Assembly: GCA_964016885.1 (NCBI GenBank)
Contig: OZ024742.1
Location: 357,306,001-357,370,000 of the forward strand
From: Eledone cirrhosa
Taxonomy: Eukaryota
Reading direction: 5' to 3'
Length of the DNA: 64,000 bases
The translations under genes and the position numbers were made by a program. Below the pieces are notes generated by a model. It saw only the letters and a list, made by a program, of their open reading frames with translations, was not told the DNA's origin and did not search any database. Of the stretch, positions 38,350 to 49,687 are shown piece after piece. Within the stretch, counting starts at the first letter, position 1. Every line of letters starts with the position of its first letter.

Positions 38350-38960
38350 CATCATCATCGTTTAACGTCCATCTTCTAGCATGGGTTAGGCAGTTTTGTT
38401 GCATTTGATGCAGGAATGGTCGGGAGACCATGTCTCGCTCACACGGAAGCATCTCTGGAAGGTCTTTTACAGCTGGATGCCCTTCCTAACACCAACCACA
38501 TTTACACTGAGTGCAAGGAGCCTTTTCACTGTGTCTCCTACATGGCCACCTTACAGTGTGGACTGTTGTGTCATCGACACAGTGGACGGAATGGGAGAGG
38601 GAGGATGGGGAATGGTGTGAGGGTGGGATGTACATTGGGTTGAGAGGTGCCTACTGAATGTATGTTTGTATGCAAGGGCAGTCAGGTCTTCTTTACAACT
38701 GCATGGCGCCAAAGGTTTTGATCCAATGTCATTGTCCAGAGAGGTGTAGGTGGACAAGGTCACTTTTTATCACCCCGTCCCAGGTTTTTCTTGGTCTACC
38801 CACTCTGCAGCTTCCATCAATTTTCACTGCCCTGCATTTTTTTATACAGTTGTCATCCTTCATACGCATCATATGTCCATACCAACACAATCTACTCTCC
38901 CGAACCTCTTATGCTTAATCTCCCTCTTAATTCGTTTATGCTTTACCTCTCGCACACGTA
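38350..38960 (-). mobile_element. Degenerate RTE 3' fragment
   Basis: Antisense [46 protein letters not shown], plus 3'UTR and (GAT)n. Confidence 0.85.
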
Positions 38961-39439
38961 CAGCAAGATGAACAACGGGAGGTAAAAGAAGCTTAAATAA
39001 TATGAAAAAAGTGAAAAACAAGGTTAGCTATAAAGCTGCTAATAGTTTCTGTTGTTGAATCTTTTCCTAGCCTCCATGTACTAAAAGAATTTGTTTATAG
39101 TTGATATATCTTTGACAATATATAGTATCGCCAATTTTGGTAGTTTTCAGCATGTCCCCTCATTCAGACTAGTCATTGGAACAAATAGTACCAAAATGTT
39201 TCTGGGCAGTTTCCACAAGATCAGAGCAGTGATTCTCTATAACAATGTTTGGGATTAAATATAGTTGTGATATGTTTTAAAGGCTGAGATAGTGGAGAAT
39301 AGAAATTGGAAAGCTTATCTTCCCAAAACTCTTCCCACGCTTGACAAATTATATTTTTGCTAAAGGATTTCATTTCCAATATATTTGAAATGTAGACTAT
39401 ATCTATTATTTCCTTTCATGCTCCTGCCTACGTTTCACT

Positions 39440-39900
39440 GTCATGCAGCACCACATCTCCCCTGTTGAAACTACCCATATCTCATTACCATGCAGCATCA
39501 TGTCTTCTGCTGTCACAGCCCATGTTTCACTACCATGCAGCACCACATGACCTCTGCAATCACTGCCCATGTTTCACTACCATGTAGCACCACATGACCT
39601 CTGCTATCACTGCCCATCTTTCACTACCTTGCAGCACCACATGACCTCTGCCATCACTACCCATGTTTCAATACCATGAGCACCACATGTCCTCTGCTAT
39701 CACTACCCATGTTTCACTACTATGCAGCACCACATGTCCTTTGCTATCACTACCCATGTTTTACTACCATGCAGCACCACATGTCCTCTGCTGTCACTAT
39801 CCATGTTTCACTACCATGTAGCATCACATGTCCTCTCCAGTCACTACCCATGGTTCACTACCATGCAGCATCATACTTCATACACAGGTGTCATACAGTT
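39440..39900. repeat. 47-bp minisatellite (about 9 copies) derived from the antisense RTE coding segment MLHGSETW
   Basis: Unit catgcagcaccacatgtcctctgctatcactacccatgtttcactac; compare cccaggtctcactaccatgcaacatc at 47148-47173. Confidence 0.8.
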
Positions 39901-39989
39901 ATCCTTCTGTGTTCAAAAAATTATAATCTCAAGTGAAGTGCTGTACATTTTGATTTTTTTAAATATAATTTTACCCAGCAATTAATACA

Positions 39990-40350
39990 GGTGGCTGAGG
40001 TGGGATTCCCCCAAGAGGTCTTTGGAATGGCATTGTTCAATAGAGTGTGTAGCTCAGAGATCAGAGAGTCACTCCAGCTAGAGCCACTACTTCTTTGAAT
40101 TGAGAGATCACAGCTCCAATAGTATGGGCATATGATTAGAATGTCTCAGGCAAGAATTGCTGGACAGATTTTATGGGAAAAACCAACTGACAGGAGACGC
40201 AGGGGTAGACCCCAAGCAAGATGGCTTGATAACATCCATGAGCTTGGCTGGTCTTGCTTGGGGATTGAGCTGGATTAGTTGGAGATCGTTGCTTCTGACA
40301 GGACCCGTTATGATTGTTTGAGGACTCTGACCCTATGATACTCTCAGGAA
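39990..40350 (+). mobile_element. Degenerate RTE (Expander/Rex3-like) C-terminal fragment
   Basis: EIRESLQLEPLLL*IERSQL..YGHMIRM...RRRRGRPQARWLDNIHELGWSCLGI; relatives at 22190-22500 and 49390-49570. Confidence 0.7.
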
Positions 40351-41596
40351 TAAGTGGATGAAGAAGAATTTAATCCTTTTAAATAAAAATAGAATAGTTT
40401 GGTACATCATCACCCTGGCATTTATCTCCATTTCAATGCTGTATCAATTGTCATTAGATGACATCTGAAATGATTAAATGTATTAACCAGTTAACATCTT
40501 ATTTTATCACGATATCACTAGCATGATATATACTTATGTATCTCAACTAAAACCTATCAGGATTTCTTGAAACATACGTAAACTAAAAATATAATGTAGA
40601 TCAGTTATTTTTAAGGATATAGAATGTATATATAATTTAGAAACTGTCTAAAAAAGTTTACATTCTCAGATATAATTCTTTTAGATTTACATCACTTGTG
40701 TATTGAGTCTCGTTCTTATCTGGTAGTCCTTGACAGTAAACTATTTAGAATAACTAGATCTCATGAAAGGATTCTCTATTAAGCACTAAAAGGTGTTATA
40801 GTAAAAATAAAATAAATGTGTTGTTCAATTGTCATGCAATCTTTCACTTCTAAAGATAGAGTTCTGAATGGAAACCAGATGTTTGAAGCAATTGCCAAAA
40901 CTCATAGTGCTGAACTGCTTTCATTGTCTGTCAAAGAACCTGAAACTAATGACTTATTTCCGCATTCAGTAGAAAGATTTTCTGAGAATAACATCAATTT
41001 TCCTACTAAGTCTGTCATTTTCATGTTGATTCCTACAAAAGCAACTAACATTAGCAGAACATTTATATTATTCTATTTTTATACTGTATAATAGTGAATG
41101 AAGAATATTCAAAGTTATATCTATGGGAGGTCTTATAAATAGAAGATAGATTTTTATATACAGATTTTGATACATTATAATAATAGTTAAATTTCAATAG
41201 CTTTCATTGGATTTTTATGTAGTCCAACCATTAGTTATCTACTAGTTTAGAGAATAAATTGCCGAGAATGGTTTAAATCTGAAAATATATTGGCTTCTTT
41301 TAATTTGAAAGATCATCATTGATTATAGAACACCTCTAGTATTATAGTAATAATAATTTTTTTTGACACAGAGAGGTAACATAAAGGAAGATAACAAAGG
41401 AATTCTGGTGTTCTACCAATTCATCTGACTTCCTTTATCCTTAAACAGTCTATGTATGTATCATCATCATCTTCATTAGTACCCTAAATAGAGTAGAAGT
41501 AGTGTACAGTGATGTTGAGTATAACTACAACAAAGTTTTTTTTTTTTGGGGGGGGGAAGAGATTATAGTGTGAGTCATGAAAGAGATGTGTGTATA

Positions 41597-41940
41597 ATCA
41601 TCATCATCATCATCACCGTTTTACGTCCGTTCTTCCACGCTAGCATGGGTTAGACAGGTTGTCCTGTTGTGGGCAGTGTCCGGTCAGTTGACCTTCTCTT
41701 GCTCATATGGGAACTGATTCTGGCTTGATTTCTACAGCTGGATGCCCTTCCTAACACCAACCTCATTTACAGTGAGTGCTGGGTGCTTTTTTGCCGTGGC
41801 ACCTCCACATTGCAGTGGAATGATAGGGACCCCATTCCCTATCATCTTATTTCTACAGCTGAGTAAACTGGAGTAATATGAAATAAAGTGTCTTGCTCAA
41901 GGAAACAACATATCACCCTGGTCTGAGATTGAACTCATAA
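41597..41940 (-). mobile_element. SINE family B copy, 5'-truncated at the B-box, carrying the RTE-B 3' tail
   Basis: Antisense gagttcaatctcagacc...cttgagcaagacactt..., then a tail closely matching the RTE-B 3' end (ggacactgcccacaacaggacaacc...cggacgtaaaacggtgatgat). Confidence 0.88.
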
Positions 41941-42032
41941 TCTAAACTATAATAAAGTAAGGAGTGCGGGACTGTGTACAGTTAATAATTTTTTTATCCC
42001 ATTAGTAAAATAAGTTGGATTACTTTGAATAA

Positions 42033-42218
42033 ATAATTGTTTCTACATTTGGCACAAGGCCAGCAATTATCCCAGTGCATTACTGGTACTTTATTTTATC
42101 GACCCCGTAAGGATGAAAGGCAAAGTTAACCTCGGCGGGATTTGAACTCAGATCATAAAGGGAGGTAACTCTATGCTTCAAAGCATGTCGTCTAACCCTT
42201 ACCGATACTGCCAATCCA
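42033..42218 (-). mobile_element. SINE family A copy
   Basis: Reverse-complement match to 28163-28351. Confidence 0.9.
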
Positions 42219-42699
42219 AAATAATGAATGAATATTACATAATTTATCTGCTAAATTTCGTAGCTTTTGATTAAATATATTTTATTGTTTATTTAAATAT
42301 TCACTTATTTAAAATGTTCAAATGTCAACACTTCCGGTTAGCGATCGCTTAAATAAACATTCATATATTTCCGTCACTAATTTTCTTCTAATGCAGTTTA
42401 TATATAATATCGTCTTTTTTTAATGTATCATGGATTGCGTTACTGATTACATAAGACAGTGTAACACAGTCTTCGTTCAATTTCTGTGTACATTGTCAAT
42501 TACGATTTTATTTGATGTATCATATCTACATGTATATATATACTTGCGTATAATATCAATATACACACTACACATGCTAGCAGAGAAACCACCCGAAGGT
42601 TGGTTTTTCTGCTAGTGATAACTAATAAGAGGTGATAGTGAAAGGTGTGTGTGTTAAGGAGCAAATGAGTCAGGTCAGGTGACAGGTAGGCAGGTCTTT

Positions 42700-43118
42700 A
42701 TCAGTACAGCATGTTGTCATTCCTGTCATTCTTGTGATTCTTTGTCATATTTATTGAGAAGCTCAACATCTTAAACATGTTCTTCACTACCTCTGCACAG
42801 GTTTTCCTGGGTCTGCCTCTTCCATGAGTTACATCCATTGAGATTTCTCTGCATTTCTTAATACAACACTTATTTTCCGAATGCATCATAATAATAATAA
42901 TGAAATTATTGTGTACAGTGTTCAGGTGCACTACAACTCATCAAAGGTCTATGTATAGTACATAGAATAATATACAAATGTCAGGGAAGTGAACAGTGTA
43001 TAAGTCATGATGTACATGTGTGCATGTGTATGGAGGGGGAATATTAGGTGTAGTGTTGGCAAATCTCAGGAAGCATAGAGGTTTTAAAGGATGCAGTGTC
43101 TCGACAGCTAACAACTGA
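42700..43118 (-). mobile_element. CR1-like tail (42890-43118) followed by a degenerate RTE fragment (42700-42890)
   Basis: Antisense of the CR1 tail at 19805-20040, then IKKCREI.MDVTHGRGRPRKT. Confidence 0.65.
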
Positions 43119-43538
43119 TGTTTTTCTCTCTGACCACTTATGCTATGTTGTTTATCCTCACTAACATTACACTTTTATCTGAGTATATTCATTTCTTTCT
43201 GACCTTCTCAAGTCTTCCACTGTCAAGATTTATATCTCACTTCCATGTACCATTGCAATTCACAAGCAGCATATCATACATTCTACCAGACATTTTGAAA
43301 AAGAAGCCCTTGTTTTACTAGCAGAAGTGTCAACTAACTAAATATCTTCCAGCCTGATCTTAGCATGGCTAACATATTCAGCATAAGATTCCCTACTGTT
43401 GATTAGATCCTCTAGGTAACAGAAGCTGTCAACAACCTGTCAGCTGAGGAAATTTATATCATGTGAACTCTAAGTACTTACTAGCATAATATATATATAT
43501 ATATGTGTGTGTGTATGTGCCTGTGTGTGTAATTGTGC

Positions 43539-43597
<59 letters not shown>

Positions 43598-43684
43598 GAA
43601 AAATTTGAACAGGGACAGAACAGAGAGGCAGTACAATAAATGTTTATTAAATTCACGCTCAGGAGAGTGGGGGGTAGGTGGGGG

Positions 43685-43716
43685 ACGACGCTTCGGGCAT
43701 AAGCCCTTCCTCAGGT
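43685..43716 (-). ncRNA. Degenerate minimal hammerhead ribozyme motif in the PLE1 3' end
   Basis: Minus strand: AC-CTGAGGA-A-GGGC-ttat-GCCC-GAAG-CG-TC-GT. GAAA is changed to GAAG and stem I is only 2 bp. Confidence 0.6.
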
Positions 43717-45049
43717 GAGAAGTGTGTGGGAACGGAGTTCAAAAGGTGTGTAGGGGAGTGGTGGAGAGACATATAATGAAAGGAAACGGTGCGAATGAAA
43801 AATTAACAAATGAAGACAAAAAATATAAAAAATAAAAATAAAGGCATGATCAAAATAAACTGAAATTAAAAGGGGGGTAAACAGGTGGTGGAAGGGTGTG
43901 GGGTGAGTAGGGGTGGTGGCGGGTGGAGTGGGGAGAGGGAGACGGGGTGTCCGAGCGGGGAGAGCTGAAGGTGGTGTGTGTGTGTAGGTGTGCGTGTGTG
44001 TGTGTGTGTGTGTGCGTATGCGAAAGTGAGGGTTGGGGGAAGAACGGGGTTGCATGTTCAGGAAGAGGTGTGTGTGGGGGTGTTTTTGTGGGTCGGAGGG
44101 TCTGTGCGTGTGTGGATAGGGGGGTGGGGGGAGAGGAATCAGGAGGCTGAGGGTGTAAATATGTGGTGGGAAGCACGTGTGTGTGGGGTTTAAGCGTGTT
44201 GTGGGTGTGGGTGGCGTGTGGAGAAAAACATTTTTTGGGTGTGTGTGTGTGGGTGAGTTATATAGGTGATGGCGTAAGAGGATGGTTGAAAAGTTGGTAA
44301 GTTCCACGGATGTTTGGAGATTTGGTTATAAGTCAATTTCGCGTGTGGGTAATCCAAGAAGCGGTGGTCGGAAGAGGAGAGATGTGGGGTGCGCGCGCAA
44401 CAGGAGGTGGTCAGCAGTGGGAGTGCTGTGGTCAGTTGGTGCTGGGAGGTCATAGCAGCAGTCGGTGGAATGGTAGGGAGGCGAGGATGGATAGGTGTGA
44501 GAGTTGGAGTGAGGAGGGTGTGTGTGTGTGTGTGTGTGTGTGTATTAGTAGGGGTGTTAGTGGGATGAGTGAGTGTGGAGCGGGGGTGTGGGTGGAGCGG
44601 GGAGAGAAGGGTGTGTGTGGTTCTATGGAGGGAGTGTGGTGTACTGGTGTGTGTGTAGTTTGGTGAAGAGGTGTTAGTGGGTGTTAGTATACGGGAGGTG
44701 GGGAGGGGTGGAATGCAGGTGTGAGTGGGGGTTAGTGGTGGTAGGGTGTGTAGAGTTGGTGGTGTACGAGGGTGTGTGGGTACGGGTGCGTGGGGTTGGG
44801 GGGTGTTAGTGATGTTAGTTGCGTGTGGGGTGGGTGGTGTAAGTGGGTGCGTGTGTGCGTGTGATAAGGAGGGGGGAGGAGGAGAAGAGGGGAGGGAAGG
44901 GATGTTAGTATGTTAGTTGGGGAAGGGTGGTCAGATGAGGGGTGGAGTGGAGGTGTTAGTATTGTTAGTGTGGGGTGGGCGGTGAAAAGGAGGGGTGTGT
45001 TAGTGGTGTTAGTGGGGGATAAGTGTGGGGGGAGGGATGCGGTCGAACG

Positions 45050-46452
45050 CTAAAGGAATAAGGGTGGGGAGTTCAGGCCGGGGGGAGTGTGGGTCTGTAA
45101 GATGAAGATAGTGCGTTGTTCGACCGTAAGGCGATGGGCGGGTGTTCCGTGGCACTGGAGTAGGCCACAGACTGTGAGATGGCGTGCGGAGTGTCCAGGG
45201 CCACCAAAGTGGCGGGCGATGGGGGAACTGCCCCCGAGATGAATATCCCGGAGGTGCTCCGTGACTCGGTCCGCCAGGCGACGTCCCGTCTGTCCGACAT
45301 AAGTCGCGCTGCACTCCGTGCAGCGAAGTCCGTAGACTGGGTTGGAGGAGGTGCAGCGGAAGGCATGCCGGACAGAGAGAGAGTGGCCGTTGGGAGCTAT
45401 GGACGAGGAGGGTGCGGAGATTGCGTGCGCGTTTGAAGGAGGGGAGTGGTGGGGTTGGGAAGATGTGGGAGGTGGAGGGGTCGGACTGGAGGCGTCGGAA
45501 GAGGCGGCGGATGGTGCGGTGGAGGGGTAAGGTGGAGGGGTGGTAGGTGATGGGGAAGGGGAGACGGTGGGTGGGTGTGCGGTGGCGTGGGGTGAGGGTG
45601 GTGGAGCGGGGGATAGCACGGGCGCGGGTGAGAGCGGTGTAGACGAGAGGGGGGGGGGGGGTAATCTCTGCGGATGAAATGGCTGACTAGGGAAAGGGCC
45701 TGGGACTCGAAGTCAGCATCACAGCTACAGAGGCGGCGGATCCTGAGAAGTTGGGAGTAGGGAATGGAGAGTTTAGTGTTGGTGGGGTGGGAAGAGGTGA
45801 AGTCGAGGTAAGAGTGGGAGTCGGTGGGTTTGAAGAAGGCGGAGGTGACGAGGGAGTGGTGGGAGGGGTCGAAGGCGACGGAGATGTCTAAGAAGTGGAC
45901 GTGGGTGGTGGAGATAGAGGTGGTGAAGTGGAGGGAGGGGTGGAAGGAGCAGAAGAAGGAGAGAAAGGAGTCGAGCTGTTCTCGGGTGAGGGTCGTGGCT
46001 CCGATACAGTCGTCAATGTAACGACCGTACAGTTCGGGCGTGGGGCCGGTGTACTGGGCAAAGATTTGGGCCTCAACATAGCCAACAAAAAGGTTGGCAT
46101 AGTTCGGGCCCATTCTTGTACCCATGGCTACCCCCGTTACCTGTTGGTAAAACTCACCTGAGAAGGAGAAACAATTCAGGGTGAGGACCAGCTCGGCGAG
46201 GCGAAGGAGGGTGGGGGTGGAGGGAATGGGGGAGGGGCGAAGGTCGAGGTAGTGTTTGAGGGCGCGTAGGCCATCGGCGTGGGGGATGACTGTATAGAGG
46301 GACTAGATGTCTAGGGTGAAGAGGAATGCCTGAGGGCCGGGTAGGTAGGTGAAGGAGTCGAAAAGGCGCAGGGCATGGTTGGTGTCGGAGATGTGGGAGG
46401 GGAGGGTGGTGACAAGTGGGGCGAGGAGGGAGTCGAGAAAGGCGGAGACTGC
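45050..46452 (-). pseudogene. PLE1 reverse transcriptase/GIY-YIG endonuclease pseudogene
   Basis: FLFTLDI*SLYTVIP, GVAMGTRMGPNYANLFVG, YGRYIDDC, KPTDSHSYL..SSHP, IPYSQLLRIRRLCS and NPVYGLRCTECSATYVGQTGRRL..R..EH. There is a stop near 46309, a frameshift at the homopolymer 45649-45661, and an apparent linker deletion/frameshift near 45395. Confidence 0.9.
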
Positions 46453-46470
46453 ATATATATATATATATAT

Positions 46471-48228
46471 ATCACCACCGTTTTACGTCCGTTCTTCCAC
46501 GCTAGCATGGGTTAGACGGGTTGTCCTGTTGTGGGCAGTGTCTGGTCGGCTGACCATGCCTTGCTCATACAGGAACTGATCTGGCTTGATTTCTACAGCT
46601 GGATGCCCTTCCTAACACCAACCTCATTTACAGTGAGTGCTGGGTGCTTTTTCGTGGCGCCTACACGTCCACTTTACAGTGTGGGCTGGGTGCTTTTTTG
46701 CCGTGGCACCTCCACGACCACCTTGCGGTGGGGGGGGGGGGGGGCATATTGTTTATATGCTTCAGCATGTACCCATGGGAGGTCGGGTACCCTGTATTAC
46801 TGCGTGACGCCAGAAGTCACGGTCGTGTGTCATTGACTTTGAGAGGTGTAGTTGGGTAAGGTCGGCTTTTATCACCTCATCCCAAGTCATCTTGGGTCTC
46901 CCCACTCCGCGGTTTCCATCAACTTCTAGTGCTCTGCACCTTTTTATGCAGCTGTCATCCTTCATACGCATCACATGTCCATACCAGCGTAACCGCCTCT
47001 CCTGCACGCAGCATTTGATTCCTCTTATGCTCAGTCTCTCTCTCAATTCATTTATGCTTTGTCGTTCACGTATATTACTGTTACATATCCATCGGAGCAT
47101 GCAGGCTTCGTTTCTCTCTAATCTACGTAAGTCTTCCACCTTCAGCGCCCAGGTCTCACTACCATGCAACATCGCTGTTCGGATACACGCATCATACAGT
47201 CTGCCTTTCATTCTGAGGGAGAAGCCTTTTGCAGCTAGCAGTGGTAGTAGTTCCCTAAACTTCTTCCATCCCGTTCTTACCCTAGTTATTGTACTTTCTG
47301 AGCACCCACCTCCGTTGCTAATTCGGTCACCTAGGTAGCAGAAGCTGTCTACTGTTTCTACAGGGCCCTCCCAGAGATTGGTGGTACTTGTTTCCTGTGG
47401 CTGTTTGCTTGCTGTTTCAGCACAGCTGCTGCATGTGAATCCTACATTCTTAATTAAGCTTCCTGAGATCCCGCTACATCTCTTGTGTACCCATTGTTTG
47501 CATTTGGGGCAAAGAATGGAGTTCCTACCTACACCTTTCCTACATACTGAGCAAGGCCATTTCCCTGAGGGGATCTGGGTTCTGTTTTCTCGTCTACTTA
47601 TAAGGACCTTAGTCTTTGTCATGTTGACTTTGAGGCCCTTTCTCTCTAGTCCCTGCTTCCAGGTTTGGAATTTATTCTCTAGTTCTACCATAGATTCAGC
47701 TATGAGTGCGAGGTCATCAGCATGCAGGAGTTCCCATGGGCATCCGGTCTTAAACTCCTCCGTTATTGCCTGCAGGACTATGATGAACAGGAGAGGGCTA
47801 AGAACAGAGCCCTGGTGGACCCCAACCTGTACGCTAAATTCCTCGCTATACTCATTGCCAATCCTAACTTTGCTGACTGCTCCCCTATACATGGCTTGTA
47901 CCGCTTTCACAAGCCATTCATCTACTCCTAGTTTTCTAAGAGCCCACCAGATTACTGCACGTGGAACTCTGTCAAAGGCTTTCTCAAGGTCGACAAATGC
48001 CAAGTAGAGTGGCTTACTTTTAGCTAGGTACTTTTCCTGTAATTGCCTCACAAGGAAGAGCGCATCAGTGGTGCCTTTCCCTGGTACAAACCCAAATTGC
48101 ATCTCGTCTATATTCACCCGGTCCCTAATCAGCTGTGCTATAACTCTTTCTGTTACTTTCATGACCTGGTCCATCAACTTTATACCTCTATAGTTTCCTC
48201 TATCTAGTGCATCGCCTTTACCTTTGTA
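46471..48228 (-). mobile_element. RTE family B, 5'-truncated, RT with the PHD-type insertion (ORF 46762-48228)
   Basis: NYRGIKL, FVDLEKAFDRV, QGSVLSPLLF, HADD (Y changed to H), CSVC..CPKC..HKRC..CSSC, FCYLG. 3'UTR present; (TA)n at both ends. Confidence 0.95.
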
Positions 48229-48240
48229 TATATATATGCG

Positions 48241-48576
48241 GGAGGCACATGGCATAGTGGTTAGAGCATTGGCCTTGCAATCGAAAGGTTGTGAGTTCAA
48301 TTCTCAGACCGGCTGATGTGTTGTTTTCTTGAGCAAGACACTTTATTTCACATTGCTCCAGTTTACTCACCTGTAGAAATGAGATGATAGGGACTGGGGT
48401 CCATATCATTCCACTGCAAAGTGGTCGTGGAGGTGCCACGACAAAATAGCACCCAGCACTCACTGTAAATGAGGTTGGTGTTAGGAAGGGAATCCAGCTG
48501 TAGAAATCAAGCTAGAATCAGTTCCCGTCCCACCCTTGCAAGTAGGGAAAAAGTGGACATAAAATGAAATGATGAT
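48241..48576 (+). mobile_element. tRNA-derived SINE family B (CORE-like central motif, RTE-related tail)
   Basis: A box TGGCATAGTGG, B box GAGTTCAATTCT, CTTGAGCAAGACACTT, tail ggttggtgttaggaagggaatccagctgtagaaa shared with the RTE 3'UTR, and (GAT)n. Confidence 0.9.
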
Positions 48577-48679
48577 ATAGGGTGGTAGAACACTGGAAGG
48601 TATTATCCGTAGTGGTAGCGCACTGAGTTGATGGGACGAGTTAGGTAGAAGTGGTTACACAACAGTTAGTTCACCATAC

Positions 48680-48715
48680 CGAGAACATTTGTTTCACCTT
48701 AGCAGATCCTCAGCT
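48680..48715 (-). ncRNA. Inverted copy of the hammerhead motif (shortened stem I)
   Basis: Minus strand: AG-CTGAGGA-TCTgctaaGGT-GAAAC-aaat-GTT-CTCG. Confidence 0.65.
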
Positions 48716-48730
48716 GATCCTTAGCGATTA

Positions 48731-48768
48731 CGAGCTGAGGATCCGCTAAGGTGAAACAATTGTTCTCG
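48731..48768 (+). ncRNA. Type I minimal hammerhead ribozyme
   Basis: CGAG-CTGAGGA-T-CC-gctaa-GG-T-GAAAC-aatt-GTT-CTCG: complete core, 4-bp stem I, palindromic stem III ACAATTGT, predicted cleavage after GUU. Confidence 0.8.
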
Positions 48769-49687
48769 GTATGGGGATCTAACTGTTGTGTAACCACTTC
48801 TATATATATATATATACACATACAGAGAGGGAGAGAGAGATGTTGTGTGTCTAATGGGAAAATGTAGACAATTTATTGAAGAAATACATTTATGATGAGT
48901 GTTGATTTTCTATGTAAGTATTGATATCTTGTGACTTGCTGTTGGGCTGAGGTATATATCATCATCATTATAATTTAACATCTATTTTTCCACACTTGTA
49001 TGGGTTAGATGGGTGTTAAATTAGGTCCAGGGATCAAATGTTGCTCATACAGATCTGTATTTTGTTTTAGACCCGAGGCGAAAAATTCTGTGGATGGGAG
49101 AGTTGATTAAATTGATCCCAATGCATTGCTGGTACTTTATTTTATCAACCCCTTAAGGATGAAAGGCAAAGCTAACCTTGGTGGATTTGAAGACAACATT
49201 TAAAGAGATGTAACTATATGTCACAATGCATGCTGTCCGACGTATGAAACTAAATGAGAATTTTGTGTACTCGATCTACAAACTACAATGGTCCATAGAT
49301 ATCTTTTTTCTCTTGTATCTATCTTACTACATTGATATCAATTGGACAGCTGCCTTCTACAACAGAGCATGTTTTAATCTGTGATACCTTCTTCTTCCAC
49401 TTCTTTGCCCATTTATTCCTGAGAGGGTCATGGGGGCAGAGTCGTCAAACACTCCTTCCAGCGGGTCCTGTCAGAAGCAATAATTTCCAGCTGAATCAGC
49501 TGGATCACCAAGCGTACCAGCCAAGCTCATGGCTGTTATCCAACCACCTTACTCAGGGTCTACCTTGCTTGGTGTCTATCTGTGATCCGACTCAAAAATA
49601 TCAGTTAGGATGTAAAGATATTTGTCATCATCATCATCGTTTAACATCTATCTTCCACACTAACATGGCTTTAGACGTATATATAAT

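Larger units (their letters stand above)
43596..46452 (-). mobile_element. Penelope-like element 1 (GC-rich, 5'-truncated, defective), flanked by (TA)n on both sides
   Basis: RT plus GIY-YIG coding region, a ~1.4-kb C/A-rich 3'UTR, a hammerhead-like motif and AATAAA before the terminal (TA)n. Confidence 0.9.
48577..48802. mobile_element. Miniature non-coding inverted-repeat element with two opposed hammerhead motifs (probable PLE pLTR derivative)
   Basis: 70-bp inverted arms at 48646-48715 and 48733-48802 with a 17-nt spacer; the right end abuts (TA)n. Confidence 0.8.

Noticed and set aside
40816-41091. 91-aa ORF in unique sequence
   Set aside because: No recognisable motif. The opposite-strand reading has an internal TGA and no evidence of recoding.
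48241-48315. tRNA genes at the SINE heads
   Set aside because: A and B boxes are present, but no convincing cloverleaf or Pol III terminator follows. Each continues into a repeated SINE body and LINE-like tail.
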